In this document: positions 23,820 through 35,600 of the stretch, piece by piece
Numbering within the stretch: position 1 is the stretch's first letter
How the letters are laid out: each line of letters starts with the position of its first letter
Origin: an uncultured Planctomycetaceae bacterium
Lineage (GTDB): Bacteria > Planctomycetota > Planctomycetia > Planctomycetales > Planctomycetaceae
Length of the DNA: 64,000 bases
Assembly (NCBI GenBank): GCA_963813715.1
Contig: CAWFAK010000007.1
Span: 256,001-320,000, forward strand
Reading direction: 5' to 3'
Program-made: the position numbers and the translations under genes
Notes under the pieces: model-generated
Told to the model about the DNA's origin: nothing
The model's database searches: none
The model's input: only the letters and a program-made list of their open reading frames with translations

Positions 23820-25160
23820 GTGGAGCTTAGATCGTGCGTCAGCGCCCTGGGAATTCTGATTGTGTTGCTGGCTGCCGTGATTGTGCCGGCCGGTTTGGTC
23901 CTGGCCGAGTCGCCGCCGCCTAAGAACGCCGCTCCGGCAACGTCGCCGGCCGCGCCGACGGGCCCGCGCTTCGACCCGGTGACGGCCACCGAGGCCTACG
24001 TCGCCCGGCTGACGCCCGAGCAGATCGCCAAGTCCGACTCCTACTTCGAGGGGGGCTATTGGCTGAAGCTGTGGGGCTTCCTCGTTTCGTCGGCGATCTC
24101 CGTGATCCTGCTGACGACGGGCCTGGCGGCGCGGATGCGGAACCTTGCGGAGCGCCTCATCCGCTTCCGCTTCGCGCAAGGGCCGCTTCGCACCCTGGTA
24201 TTTGGGGCCCAGTACTTCTTATTCACGACGGTTTTGAGCTTTCCGCTGGACGTCTATGCGGGATACTTCCGGGAGCACCAGTACGACCTTTCGAACCAGA
24301 GTTTGGGCGACTGGCTCAAAGATGCCTCGATCGGAGTGGCGGTGCTGGCCGTCATCGGCGGGATCGCGCTCATGGTGCTGTACGCGATCTTGGGCCGCGT
24401 GCAGAAGAGCTGGTGGATCTGGGCGTCCGTGGCCTCGGTGGCGTTCTTGTTCGTCGTCAGTTTGCTGGCGCCGGTTTACATCGCGCCCCTCTTCAACAAG
24501 TACAAAACGCTCGACGATCCCAAGATCCGCGATCCGATTTTGAGCCTGGCCCGCGCCAACGAAATCCCCGCCGACCGGGTCTACGTTTACGACGCTTCGA
24601 AGCAGACGAAGACCATCAGCGCCAACGTCAGCGGCGCGCTCGGGACGATGCGGATCTCGCTCAACGACAACCTGCTTAATCGCTGCAACCTGGCATCGAT
24701 CCGCGCGGTGATGGCCCACGAAATGGGTCACTACGTCCTCAATCACATCTACAAGGGACTGATCGAAATGGGCCTGGTGCTGACGATCGGCTTCGCCTTC
24801 GTCGCCTGGGGCTTCCAGCGGATCGTGGCCCGCCGCGGCGCGGCGTGGGGCATCCGCTCGATCGCCGACCCGGCCGGGCTGCCGCTGATCGTGCTGTTGT
24901 TCGGAATTTATTTCTTCGTCATGACGCCGGTGACCAACACCATCACCCGCACGGCCGAGATCGAAGCCGACGCCTTCGGCCTGAACGCCGCCGCCGAGCC
25001 CGACGGATTTGCCGACGCGTCCCTGCTCCTCTCGGAGTACCGCAAGATGCACCCCGGCAAATTGGAAGAGATCGTGTTCTACGACCACCCGAGCGGGTAC
25101 AACCGCATCCTGATGGCGATGACGTGGAAGGCCGAACACCCGAACACCGGCAGTCACTGA
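23820..25160 (+). CDS. M48 Ste24-like membrane zinc metalloprotease
   Basis: Multi-TM; IAPLFNKY, VYDASKQT, AHEMGHY, EIEADAFG, YDHPS; start uncertain. Confidence 0.88.
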   Translation: MELRSCVSALGILIVLLAAVIVPAGLVLAESPPPKNAAPATSPAAPTGPRFDPVTATEAYVARLTPEQIAKSDSYFEGGYWLKLWGFLVSSAISVILLTTGLAARMRNLAERLIRFRFAQGPLRTLVFGAQYFLFTTVLSFPLDVYAGYFREHQYDLSNQSLGDWLKDASIGVAVLAVIGGIALMVLYAILGRVQKSWWIWASVASVAFLFVVSLLAPVYIAPLFNKYKTLDDPKIRDPILSLARANEIPADRVYVYDASKQTKTISANVSGALGTMRISLNDNLLNRCNLASIRAVMAHEMGHYVLNHIYKGLIEMGLVLTIGFAFVAWGFQRIVARRGAAWGIRSIADPAGLPLIVLLFGIYFFVMTPVTNTITRTAEIEADAFGLNAAAEPDGFADASLLLSEYRKMHPGKLEEIVFYDHPSGYNRILMAMTWKAEHPNTGSH

Positions 25161-25218
25161 GTTTTCGGCCTGATCCCCCGCATCATTCGACCTTCCTCTT
25201 TTGCAAAGGTTTGTTTCC

Positions 25219-27339
25219 GTGAAGCGGTTTGCCTCGCTCGCAGTTCTTCTGCTCTTCCCGGCAGTGCTCCTCGCGCAAGACACGGCCCCGCAGCCGCCCG
25301 TCGCGCCACTCGGCCGTTCACGTACGAATTTCAGGGCCGCTCGATCTCCGATCCGTATCACTGGCTCAAGGAAAAGTCGAATCCGGAGGTTATCGCCTAT
25401 ATCAAAAGCGAGAACGCCTATCGCGAGAGCCTGACGAAATCGCTCAAGCCGTTCGAGGATCGGCTCTACAGCGAGATGCTCTCGCACATCAAGCAGACCG
25501 ACCTGAGCGTGCCGGTTCGCGACAACGGTTATTGGTATTACTCGCGCACCGTCGAGGGAAAGCAGTACCCGATCTTTTGTCGCAAGGCCGGCAGCCTGAC
25601 GGGAGCTGAGGAAATTCTGCTCGACGTCAACCAACTGGCGACGGGCAAGAAGTTCCTCTCCGTGCGGCCGGTCGGCGCCAGCGACGACGGCCGGCTCTAC
25701 GCCTACCTCAGCGACGTCACCGGCTTTCGCGAGTATTACCTCTCGGTCAAGAACCTGCGAACCGGCCGCGTGCTCGAGGACAATTTTGTCAAAGTCTCCG
25801 ACGTCGAATGGGCCGGCGACAACCGGACCCTGTTCTACGTGATCGAAGACGCGGCCAAGCGGCCGTTCAAGCTGTTCCGCCACGTCGTCGGCCAGCCCAA
25901 GGCGCAGGATGCCTTCCTCTACGAGGAGAAGGACGGCAATTACAACCTGGCCGTCAGCCGCACGCACGATAAGAAGTTCGTCGTCCACAGCTCGGAAAGC
26001 TCGAATACGACCGAGCAGCACGTTTTGGACCGCGACACACCGACCGGCGAGTTTCGGCTCGTCGCGCCGCGGACCGTCGGAGTCGAATACACGGTCGATC
26101 ACCGCGACGGACTGTTTCATATCCGCACGAACAGAGACGGCGCGATCAACTTCAAGTGGATGACCTGCCCCGCCGCTGAGATTATGTCAGGCAAAACCGA
26201 TCCGCGCGGCTGGAGGGATTTCGAGCCCTATCGGCCCGACGTCTTTCTCGAGCACCTTGTACCGTTCAAGGACTATGCCGTCGTCGCCGAGCGCGAGGCG
26301 GGCATCACCCAGCTCCGCGTCTACGACTTTCACTCGCAGACCGCGTATCGCGTTTCGTTCCCCGAGCGGAGCTACACGGTCGAGCTGGGGGCCAACCCTG
26401 AATACGACATCCGCGACATCCACTTCAACTACACGAGCCTCGTGACGCCGCTGTCGGTCTTCGATTTCGACCTGGCGACGCGCGAGCGGAGGCTGCTCAA
26501 GGCGACTGACGTACCCGGCGGCTTCGATCCCAAGAACTACGTCACCGAGCGGGCCGCGGCGACGGCGGCGGACGGCGAAAGTCCCCCTGTCGATCGTTTA
26601 CCGCAAAGGTTTAATCAAAGACGGCAAGGCTCCCCTCTTCCTCTACGGGTACGGCTCCTACGGCATCACCACGGACCCGGAGTTCGACCCGTCGCGGCTC
26701 GTGCTCCTCGATCGCGGCGTCGTCTTCGCGATGGCCCACATCCGCGGCGGAGCCGACATGGGGCGGAACTGGTATCTCGACGGCAAGCTGATGCACAAGA
26801 AAAATACGTTCACCGACTTCATCGCCTGCGCCGATTACCTCGTGAACGAAAAGTACGGCTCCCGCGAGCGACTGGCCATCGAGGGTCGGAGCGCCGGCGG
26901 CCTGTTGATCGGCGCGACGCTCAATTTTCGCCCCGATCTGTGCAAGGTGGCCCATCTCGGGGTGCCGTTCGTCGATCTCATCAACACCATGCTCGACGAA
27001 TCGCTGCCCCTGACGACGCAGGAGTTTTTGGAGTGGGGCAATCCCAAGCAGCCGGCGGCCGGCCGTTACATGAGGGAGTATTCGCCCTACGACAACTTGG
27101 CGAGGACTGCCTACCCGGCAATCCTGGTGACGACCTCACTCAACGACAGCCAGGTGCTCTACCACGAGCCGACCAAATACGTCGCCCGACTGCGGACGCT
27201 GAAGACGGATAAAAACCCACTGATCCTGAAGTGCAACATGGACGCCGGCCACGGCGGAGCCAGCGGCCGCTACGAGGCGCTCCACGAAAAAGCCTACGAG
27301 CTGTCGTTCATCCTGACCCAACTCGGGGTCACGAGGTAA
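25219..27339 (+). CDS. ptrB: Oligopeptidase B (S9A) with signal peptide, apparent frameshifts near 25315 and 26580
   Basis: DPYHWLK, YYSRTVEGKQYP, YGYGSYG, AHIRGG, GRSAGG, LNDSQV, AGHGGASGRY. Confidence 0.88.
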
Positions 27340-27346
27340 AACGGAG

Positions 27347-27466
27347 GGGTGGCGGGGGCGTTGCTTTGCGGAAGCCCCCGGCAGTTCCGGTCGCTCGTTT
27401 TCGTGAGCATCGCCGCACTTCGTGCCGATGTTCCGGGGCTTCCGCTCCGCGAGCACCCGGCCACCC
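27347..27466. repeat. REP-like imperfect inverted pair between convergent genes
   Basis: GGGTGGCGGGGGCGTTGCTTTGCGGAAGCCCCCGG vs CCGGGGCTTCCGCTCCGCGAGCACCCGGCCACCC. Confidence 0.6.
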
Positions 27467-27493
27467 GATCGGCCGGGCACCCGATCGTGTGCG

Positions 27494-28879
27494 TTATTCC
27501 GGCTGCGGCTCGGGGCGGACGAGGGCGCGGACGATCGGCGACGTCAGCATGGTCGTGACGATCGCCATCATGACCATCATCGCGAAGAGCTCCGGCGAGA
27601 TCACGCGCAGATCCAGGCCGATATTCAGCACGATCAACTCCATCAGCCCGCGCGTGTTCATCAGGGCGCCCAGGGCCGTGGCCTCGCTCCAGCTCGAGCC
27701 GGTCAAACGGGCGGCGGCGAGCGTGCCGCCGAACTTGCCGAGCGTCGCGATCAGGATAATCACGCCGCACCAGAACCACGGCCCCGCCCCGGTCATCAGG
27801 TCGATGCGCATCCGCATGCCGGTGAGCGCGAAGAATGCCGGCAGCAAGAGCACGGTCACGATCTGCTCGGTGCGGCGGGCAAAGTCGCGGGCGAAGTCGC
27901 TGTCGTGCGGGATGAGGGCTCCGAGCAGGAACGCGCCGAAGATCGCATGGATGCCAATCAGTTCCGTCGCGAGAGCCGAGGCCAGCAAGGTCACGAACAC
28001 CACGCCGGCGGCCGTTCGCGAGAGCCGTTTGGCCGAGGGGTGCCGGGCCAGCCGGACGACGAGCGGACGCACGACCAGGATCATGGCCGCGATATAGGCG
28101 ACGGTGCCGGCTACCACGTACAGCCCCTGGTCGACGTGAGCCTTGGCAACTCCCACGACAAAGGCCAACAGGCCCCAGGCTGTGACGTCGTCCATGGCCG
28201 CGCAGCTCAGCGCCATCACGCCGATCGGCGTGCGCGAGATTCCCTGGTCGGTGAGAATTCGGGCCAGCACGGGAAAGGCCGTGATCGACATCGCCACGCC
28301 GACGAACAGGGCAAAATTCGTAAACGGCACGTCGTTGGTCGACAACCGCGGGTACAGCGCCAGCGCGAGCAACGAACCCAACAAGAAGGGCACGACGATG
28401 CTCGCATGTGACGTGGCCACCGCCACCCGCGCCCGCCCCTTGATCAACCCGGCGTTGAGCTCCAGGCCGACGATGAACATGTACAAGATCACGCCGAGCT
28501 GGGAAATCACCCCCAAAAAGGGCGCGACCGTGGCTGGCAGGACTCGGGCCGAAAGATCGGGACCCAGGAACGACGGGCCAAGCAGAATGCCCGCCATCAC
28601 CTCGCCGATAACCGGCGGCTGCCCGATGTAGACGAAGATGCGTCCGAGAATCTGCCCGACCGCGATCACCGCCACGAGGGCCACCAGCACGTGCATCAGC
28701 ACGTCGCTCTGTTGCGGCGATCCGGCTGCCGCGTCGGAAACGGCCGTCGCCGCGGGCGCCGGGGCTTCGAGCGATTGGCCGAAACTGCGGATTGCCAAAA
28801 AGGCGGCAATCGTGCCGGCCACCATCACGGTGTAGCCGACAAAACCCAACGCCTTTCTCGGAGGAGCAGTATCAAGCAC
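27494..28879 (-). CDS. Cation:proton antiporter (CPA2/Kef-like)
   Basis: GQPPVIGEVMAGILLGPS, MFIVGLE, MSITAFPVLARIL, MDDV, GKFGG, LMNTRGLMELIVLNIG. Confidence 0.9.
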   Translation of the reverse strand: MLDTAPPRKALGFVGYTVMVAGTIAAFLAIRSFGQSLEAPAPAATAVSDAAAGSPQQSDVLMHVLVALVAVIAVGQILGRIFVYIGQPPVIGEVMAGILLGPSFLGPDLSARVLPATVAPFLGVISQLGVILYMFIVGLELNAGLIKGRARVAVATSHASIVVPFLLGSLLALALYPRLSTNDVPFTNFALFVGVAMSITAFPVLARILTDQGISRTPIGVMALSCAAMDDVTAWGLLAFVVGVAKAHVDQGLYVVAGTVAYIAAMILVVRPLVVRLARHPSAKRLSRTAAGVVFVTLLASALATELIGIHAIFGAFLLGALIPHDSDFARDFARRTEQIVTVLLLPAFFALTGMRMRIDLMTGAGPWFWCGVIILIATLGKFGGTLAAARLTGSSWSEATALGALMNTRGLMELIVLNIGLDLRVISPELFAMMVMMAIVTTMLTSPIVRALVRPEPQPE

Positions 28880-28883
28880 GGCA

Positions 28884-30172
28884 TTAGAAGGTATGCGTCA
28901 GGCCGACTCCGATCCAGTGAGCCTGGGCATTGACCGTGCTGTTGCTGAAGTCGCCACCGACCAGGGCGCTCGTCCCGACGGTCCGCTGCGGGCCGAAGGA
29001 GTACTGGTAGGCCAAATCGAGATGCCACGTGTCGACCAGCGTGGTCCCCCAGCCGAACGTGAATGAGTTTTCGAGGGTGGCCGGGATCCAGGGGGTGAGA
29101 GTCGAGCTGGGGATGGTGCCCGAGGTGTAGATGTAGCCCAACCGAATCACGCTGGCGTCGGAATAGAACCACTCATAGCCGGTCCGCACCGAGACGCTGT
29201 CCCACCAGTTGAGGGGAATCGACTGGTTGAACACCGGGCCCAGGAAGTGCGTGAAGATCGGGTTCGACGGAATCGTTCAGCTCGATGTTGATGTCCTTGA
29301 ACGCATCGGCCCAGTCGACCCACACGACGTCGAGCGAAACCCGCTGCCGGTGCGGCAGGTCCTGCTTGAGACCGATGCCGACCGTCGCCGGCCAGCAGAT
29401 GGTGGTCAACGTATTGAAGTGGCTGCTGACCGGCTCCGGTGCGAGGCCATAGACGGTCGCATCCATGTGGCCGTTGAGGCCGAAGTGGTCGGCGCTGGTG
29501 TAGGCGGCACCGAGCATCGTGGTCTCGGTCAATTTGTACTGGGCGCCGACCGACCAGGTCGGAGAGACGCCGTCGCCCACAAGCTTGATGCTGGTCGGCG
29601 CACCGGCAAACGGCCCCTGCTGAATGAAGAACGGGGTCTCGAGCTCTTCGTAGCTGTATGAGATGCCGAGCGTGGCACCGATCGTGAGATTGTCCATGGG
29701 CCGCCAGGCGATCGCCGGCAAGATCTTGATCAGCGAGCCGAACGACTTGTACGACTGGTTGCCCAACACCGGATTGTTGAGGTCCCATCCGGCGGCGAAA
29801 CCGGCGGGAGCGAAAATGCCGATGCCCCAGGCCCAGTTGCCGTTCTCGCTCTTCTGGAAATACGAGAGCGACGGCAGCTCGAGCGGACGGATCTTGGCCG
29901 ACGCGTCGTCGTTGATCGGATTGCTGTAATGCAGATCCGTGATCAGCGTGTCGCCGCTGACCTCGAAGAGCCCGTTCCCCTCGGCATTGAGGATACCGGC
30001 CGGGTTGGAGAGGATCACGGCTCCGTTGTCGGAGAAGGCGATGTTCGTGCCGCCGCGGCCGTCGGTGATCGCTTCGTTGCTGTCGCGAATCACGCCGTCG
30101 GCCCGAGCCGACGATGCCGCCAGAACCAACACGCCAAACGCAGCAGAGACAATTCTTGAAACGGATGTTCAT
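28884..30172 (-). CDS. FadL/OmpP1-like outer-membrane channel for hydrophobic compounds, apparent frameshifts near 30155 and 29270
   Basis: Signal peptide ..AASSARAD; GRGGTNIAFSDNGAVILSNPAG hatch motif; amphipathic beta-strands; C-terminal VGLTHTF. Confidence 0.78.
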
Positions 30173-30536
30173 TTGCACCGGCCCGTTGAGATCCGTCTAC
30201 CGGGATGGTGCGCGGCAGGAGGTCCGCGCGGCCCGGGACCGAAGCTTGGGGAAGCCTCCTCCGTGAGACCGTCACGGGGATATCGGTCCGGCCGCCTTCG
30301 CCGCATCAAACGCTTATGCGTTGTCTGCGCATCGTAACTCCGTTCTGAGCGATGTGACGAGCACATCCGGCATCGTCGAAACGCGAGCTACAACCGGCAC
30401 GCTTTCACGCGGCGTCGCAACTTGCCAGAGGGGCGTGCGACCGTGGCGGGAGCCCGACGGCGCGCGGTAAGAAAAGGCACCGCTTACTTCGTGTGCGGCT
30501 CTTTGAAGGCCCAACCGCTGCGCCGGCCAACTCGCC

Positions 30537-31475
30537 TCAGCCTGCCTGACCGTGCACGCGGAGCTCGATCGGCAGCGGGAATTGGGCGAATTCCTCACGA
30601 ATCGTGTGAGGCTCGACGACGGCCCCGTAGCGGTCCATCAGGTAAGCCAGACAGTCTTCGACCACCTCTTCCGGAGCGCTCGCCCCGGCCGTCACGAGCA
30701 CCGTCTCGCAGCCTTCGAGCCATTGGGGATCGATCTCGCTGGCGGCGTCGATCAGATAGGCCGGCTTGTTCCCTTCCTTGGCGATCTCGGCCAGGCGATT
30801 GCTGTTGGAGCTGTTGCGGCTGCCCAGCACGATCACGACGTCCGAGGCGGGCAGCAGCATCTTCACCGCGTCCTGCCGGTTCTGGGTGGCGTAGCAGATG
30901 TCCTTCTTGGGCGGGCCAACGATCTTGGGAAACCGCCGCTTGAGCCGATCGATGATCTGGCTCGCCTCGTCGACGCTGAGCGTCGTCTGCGTGATGTAGG
31001 CCAGGCGGTCGGGATCGGGGACCTCGAGCGCGTCGACGTCGGCCACGCTTTCCACGAGCTGCATCTGCCGCGGAGCTTCGCCCATCGTGCCGACGGCTTC
31101 GTCGTGGCCGGCATGACCGATCAGGATCACCGTGCGGCCTTCGTTCGCGAAACGGATCGCCTCGAGATGGACCTTGGAAACGAGCGGGCACGTGGCGTCG
31201 ATGGTGGCCAGGCGACGCGTGCGGGCCTCTTGACGCACCTGCGGGCCGACGCCGTGGGCGCTATAAACCAAGCGGCCCCCTTCGGGCACGTCGGCGATCT
31301 CGTCGACGAACACAACGCCGCGGCGGCGAAAACTCTGCACGACGTGATTGTTGTGGACGATCTCGTGATAGACGTAGAGCGGCGATCCGAAGAGCTCGAG
31401 CGCCCGCTCGAGGGTCTGGATCGCCATCACGACGCCGGCGCAGAAGCCGTGGGGATTAGCCAGCAGGACTTTCAT
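30537..31475 (-). CDS. ispH: 4-hydroxy-3-methylbut-2-enyl diphosphate reductase
   Basis: GFCAGV, EIVHN, SAHGV, DATCPLV, GHAGHDE, TQTTLS, DICYATQNRQ, SSNSNRL, TAGASAPE. Confidence 0.96.
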   Translation of the reverse strand: MKVLLANPHGFCAGVVMAIQTLERALELFGSPLYVYHEIVHNNHVVQSFRRRGVVFVDEIADVPEGGRLVYSAHGVGPQVRQEARTRRLATIDATCPLVSKVHLEAIRFANEGRTVILIGHAGHDEAVGTMGEAPRQMQLVESVADVDALEVPDPDRLAYITQTTLSVDEASQIIDRLKRRFPKIVGPPKKDICYATQNRQDAVKMLLPASDVVIVLGSRNSSNSNRLAEIAKEGNKPAYLIDAASEIDPQWLEGCETVLVTAGASAPEEVVEDCLAYLMDRYGAVVEPHTIREEFAQFPLPIELRVHGQAG

Positions 31476-31564
31476 GGTTCGTTCCTTGCCTTGCGGCGAC
31501 CTTGCCCGTCCGCGACTTCCTGCGCGAGAAGCTTGGACCAAATCCTCGCGCTCGACAGAGCGCG

Positions 31565-32629
31565 CTATCCGGGAGCCCCTGCGGTTTGCGGCTCCGCAGT
31601 GACCATGTTCACGAAATAGTCGGCCGACTCCTCGTCGGCGAAACCCTTCTGCACGTTGATGAAATCCTGTTCCGCTTCGAGAAACACGTCGACCACATCC
31701 GGGTCGAAGTGCACGCCCGATTCGTCGACGATCAGCGACTTGGCCACGTCGTGCGTCATGGCGTTCTTGTAGACCCGTTTGGCCGTGAGCGCGTCGTACA
31801 CGTCGGCCAGCGCCACGATGCGGCCGACGAGCGGAATTTCCTCGGCGACCAGGCCCTGCGGATAGCCGCTGCCGTCGAAACGCTCGTGATGGGTGAGCGC
31901 GATCTCGCGGGCCATGCGAAGGAACTCGGCATCGGGCTGGAGCCGGCCCGCCGCTTCGAGCGTGTCGGCCCCGATGCGGACGTGCGACTTCATGATCTCG
32001 AATTCGGTGTCCGTCAGCGGCCCGGCCTTCAACAGCACGCTGTCTGGAATGCCTACCTTGCCGATGTCGTGCAGCGGGCTGGTGAGGTAGATCAGGTTGA
32101 CGTATTCCGCGTCGATTTCGTCGCGGTATTTCGGCTTGCGGCTCAAGCGGTCGGCCAGAATGCGGCAATACTCGCGCATCCGCTCGAGGTGCGCGCCCGT
32201 CTCGGGACTCCGCGACTCGGCCAGCTTGGCGAGCGTGAAGATCGTCAGGTTGCGGCTCTCCAACGAGAGCAAGCGCACGCCCGACTTCACCCGCACGCGC
32301 AGCTCGGCCGGATGAAACGGCTTGGAGATGAAATCGTCGGCCCCGGCGTCGAGCCCCTGCACGACGTTGTCGGTGCCGTCCCGCGAGGTGACCAGAATGA
32401 TGTACACGTAACTAGCGAAGCTGCGCTCGCGAATGCGGCGGCACAGCTCGAGGCCGTTCATCTCCGGCATTTCCCAGTCGGAGATGACGATGCGATACAG
32501 CCCCGTCCGCAGGATTTCGAGCGCCTCGCGCCCGTTGTGCGCGGCCGTGACCTCGTAGCCGGCGCCCGACAGCGCCTCGCCCAACAGCTCGAGTGCGATT
32601 TCATCGTCATCCACAATCAAGATGCGCAT
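31565..32629 (-). CDS. REC + HD-GYP response regulator (RpfG-like)
   Basis: ILIVDDD..ISDWEMP..SKP; ETGAHLER, LHDIGK, HHERFDGSGYP, ADVYDAL, KRVYK; ATG overlaps the kinase 3' end. Confidence 0.92.
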   Translation of the reverse strand: MRILIVDDDEIALELLGEALSGAGYEVTAAHNGREALEILRTGLYRIVISDWEMPEMNGLELCRRIRERSFASYVYIILVTSRDGTDNVVQGLDAGADDFISKPFHPAELRVRVKSGVRLLSLESRNLTIFTLAKLAESRSPETGAHLERMREYCRILADRLSRKPKYRDEIDAEYVNLIYLTSPLHDIGKVGIPDSVLLKAGPLTDTEFEIMKSHVRIGADTLEAAGRLQPDAEFLRMAREIALTHHERFDGSGYPQGLVAEEIPLVGRIVALADVYDALTAKRVYKNAMTHDVAKSLIVDESGVHFDPDVVDVFLEAEQDFINVQKGFADEESADYFVNMVTAEPQTAGAPG

Positions 32630-35600
32630 GGAACTTCTCCGGAGAGCACAGTTTCAGCCAGCACGGCGTCGGTCCGTTCGGGCGACGTCGCGGGGACCAA
32701 CGGCAAGGTTTCCTGCAGGAACCGCCGACTTTCGTATTTGAGTTTTGCCAGAGTGTCGCGGGCCGCGCCGATGTTGCCGCTCTTGGCCAACATTTCCAGA
32801 TCGCCCGACACGGCGCGAAGCGGCTCGGCCGACAGATTCGCGGCCGCCCCCTTCAACCGGTGGGCACAGCGTCCCAAAAGATCGCAGTCGCCGGCGTCCG
32901 CGGCCGTTTTGATCTCGTACAAATCGGCACCCAGCCGCGCGTGGAGCTTGACCAGCAGCTTGTCGGCCAGCTCGGCCTTGCCCAGGCAGCGCCTCAGGAG
33001 CGACGGCCGATCGATGACGATGGCCAGATCTTCGGCCGGATCCTGCTCGGCTTCGACCGCGGAGACAACCGCCGCCGGCTCGGGCATCTGGGCCACCTCG
33101 AACGGTTCCGGGGCCGCGCCTTCGGTCGCCGACAGCTGCACTTCGATCGTCTCGACGAGCTTGAAGGGATCGAAGGGCTTGCAGATGTAATCGTTCATGC
33201 CGGCGTTCAGGCACCGCTCGCGTTCGCCGGTCAGCGCGTTGGCGGTGAGGGCGACGATCGGCAGCACCGGCCCCGTGGCGCCCGCCGCCCGCTCGGCCTC
33301 GCGAATGTGCTGCGTCGCTTCCAGGCCGCCCATCTCGGGCATCTGGCAGTCCATCAGCACGAGGTGGTATTTCGTCTTCTGCACGGCTTCGACCGCCTGC
33401 CGGCCGTCGCCGACAACATCGCAGCGGTAGCCGGCCTGCGTGAGGATCTCGACGGCCACCTGCTGATTGATGTCGTTGTCCTCGGCCAGCAAAATGCGAA
33501 CTCCCTTTCGCGACGTGCGCGGAATGACGAAGGCTTCCGTCGTGTCCTTGCGCCCCAAGCGGGGACGGGCCTTTTCGGTGCCGTCATTGCTGACGACCGC
33601 CAACAGGGCCTCCATCAGCGCGGTCCGCATGATCGGCTTTGAGAGGCAATCCACAAAGCCCAAATTCCGCAAACGCAGCAAATCCTGCGGTGCCCCGACC
33701 GGCGTGAGTAGCATCAGGGCCGGCTTGCCCAGCTCGGGCAGCGAGCGAACGGTGGCGGCAAACTCCTCTTTGGTCAAATCGCTGACCCCGAGATCCCAAA
33801 GGGCAAAACTGTAGTGCGCTTGGGTGGTGGCCGCCTGTTCGAGCCGTTTGAGGGCTTCCGCTCCGCTCGTCACCTCGCTGACTTCCAGCCCCAGGTTGAC
33901 GAGCTGTTCGGCAACGATCGGCCGGCTGGTCTCGTTTTGATCGACGACCAGGGCCCGCAGACCCTGCAACGGCTTGAGCCGGTTCGCGTCGGCCTCTCCG
34001 GACAGCTCAGCCACCTCGAACGGCAGCGAGAACCAGAAGGTCGAGCCGCGGCCCACCTGGCTCTCGAAGCCGATGGCGCCCCCCATCAGTTCGCACAACT
34101 TCTTGCAGATCACCAGCCCCAGGCCCGACCCACCATATTTCCGCGTGATCGACGCGTCGACTTGAGAGAAGGCCTGAAACAGCCGGTTGAAGCGGCTTTC
34201 CGGAATGCCGATGCCGGTGTCTTCGACGGTAATGCGGAGCGTGGCGACGCGGTCGAGCTGTTCGACGACGGCGATGCGGACCACCACCTTGCCCCGCTCG
34301 GTGAACTTGATCGCGTTGTTCACCAGGTTGGTGATCACCTGCCGCACGCGGCCCGGGTCGCCGATCAGGCGCAATGGCACGCCCGGATCCGCAAAGTAGG
34401 CCATCTCGAGCGACTTTTCCTTGCACTTATGCGCCATCAGCTCGATCACCGGCTCAATGGTGGCGTGCAGGTCGAACGGGATCTTTTCGACCTCGAGCAT
34501 GCCCGCTTCGATCTTCGAGAAGTCGAGCACCTCGTTGAGCAAGTCGAGCAGCGACGTGCCCGAGAATTTGGTCGTCTGGGCGTACTTGCGCTGTTGCGAG
34601 TTGAGCGGCGTCGACATCAACAGGTCGGTCATGCCGATCACGCCGTTGAGCGGCGTGCGCAGCTCGTGCGAAATGTTCGCCAAAAATTCGCTCTTCGCGC
34701 GGTTGGCGGTTTCGGCCTCGACGCGGGCGGCGTGCAGCTGCTTGTTGTAGTCGGTGAGCTGCTTCTGCGTTTGCGACAGCTCGGCGACGAGCCGCTCCAA
34801 CTGCTTGGTCCGCTCGCGGACCCGCTCTTCCAAATTGAGGTTGAGGTCGCGGATGGTGCGGTTGTCGCGATCGAGCCGCTCGACCATCGAGTTGAACTGG
34901 CGGGCCAGGATGTCGATTTCGTCGTTGCCCGTCGGCGTGAGCCGCTCGGAAAGCAGTCCACTACCGACCCGGTCCATGGCGGCGACCATCACGTCGACCC
35001 GCTTGGTCACCGAACCGGCCATCAACGTCGCGTAGAGCACGCCTGTAATGGCCGCGGCGGCCGTGATGTACAAGGAGTGGGCTCGCAGCTCGCGGACGGC
35101 CTCCACCTGGTTGTTCTTGTCGGGGTCGTTGATGATGTCGGTGGCCCGCTGCCGCGCGACCTGGCCGATCATCAGCGCCGTGGTCGTAATGATCAAAAAC
35201 GAGCACAATCCCAGGCGGAACCGCAGCTTGCCCCGCGGCACGGCGCGATATTCAATCGACACTCCGTGCGCCAACAGGTGGCGAATCACGGTGCTCATGC
35301 AGTGTTCGACGGCAAAGAACGTGGCCAACAAGGCCAGGTTGATGCCCATGAACACGGCCCAGGTCAGGTTGATGAGCATGTCAACCGGAGCGCCGTGCCA
35401 GCGCAAATAGAGCGACACGGGCAACAGGCACGTCAGCGGCGTGAACCAGGCCTCGATGCGGTGATGCCGCGCCGAAAACAGGACCGCGTCACGGCCGGCC
35501 TGCTGGGCGTAGACCGGGTCGAACGGTTCGCCCCACTGGATACATTTGAGCACGTGCCGAACGCGCCTGAGCTCCCACAGAGCGATCAGCACGGTCGCCG

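Noticed and set aside
24219..26120. Long antisense ORFs (also 31502..33190, 33814..35652, 9493..10842, 55585..56880 and similar)
   Set aside because: Shadow frames of well-supported genes in high-GC DNA, with no recognisable motifs.
30537..32168. 543-aa ORF suggesting an N-terminally extended IspH
   Set aside because: The extension is an off-frame overlap of the HD-GYP gene; IspH starts at ATG 31475 after an AAGGAA RBS.
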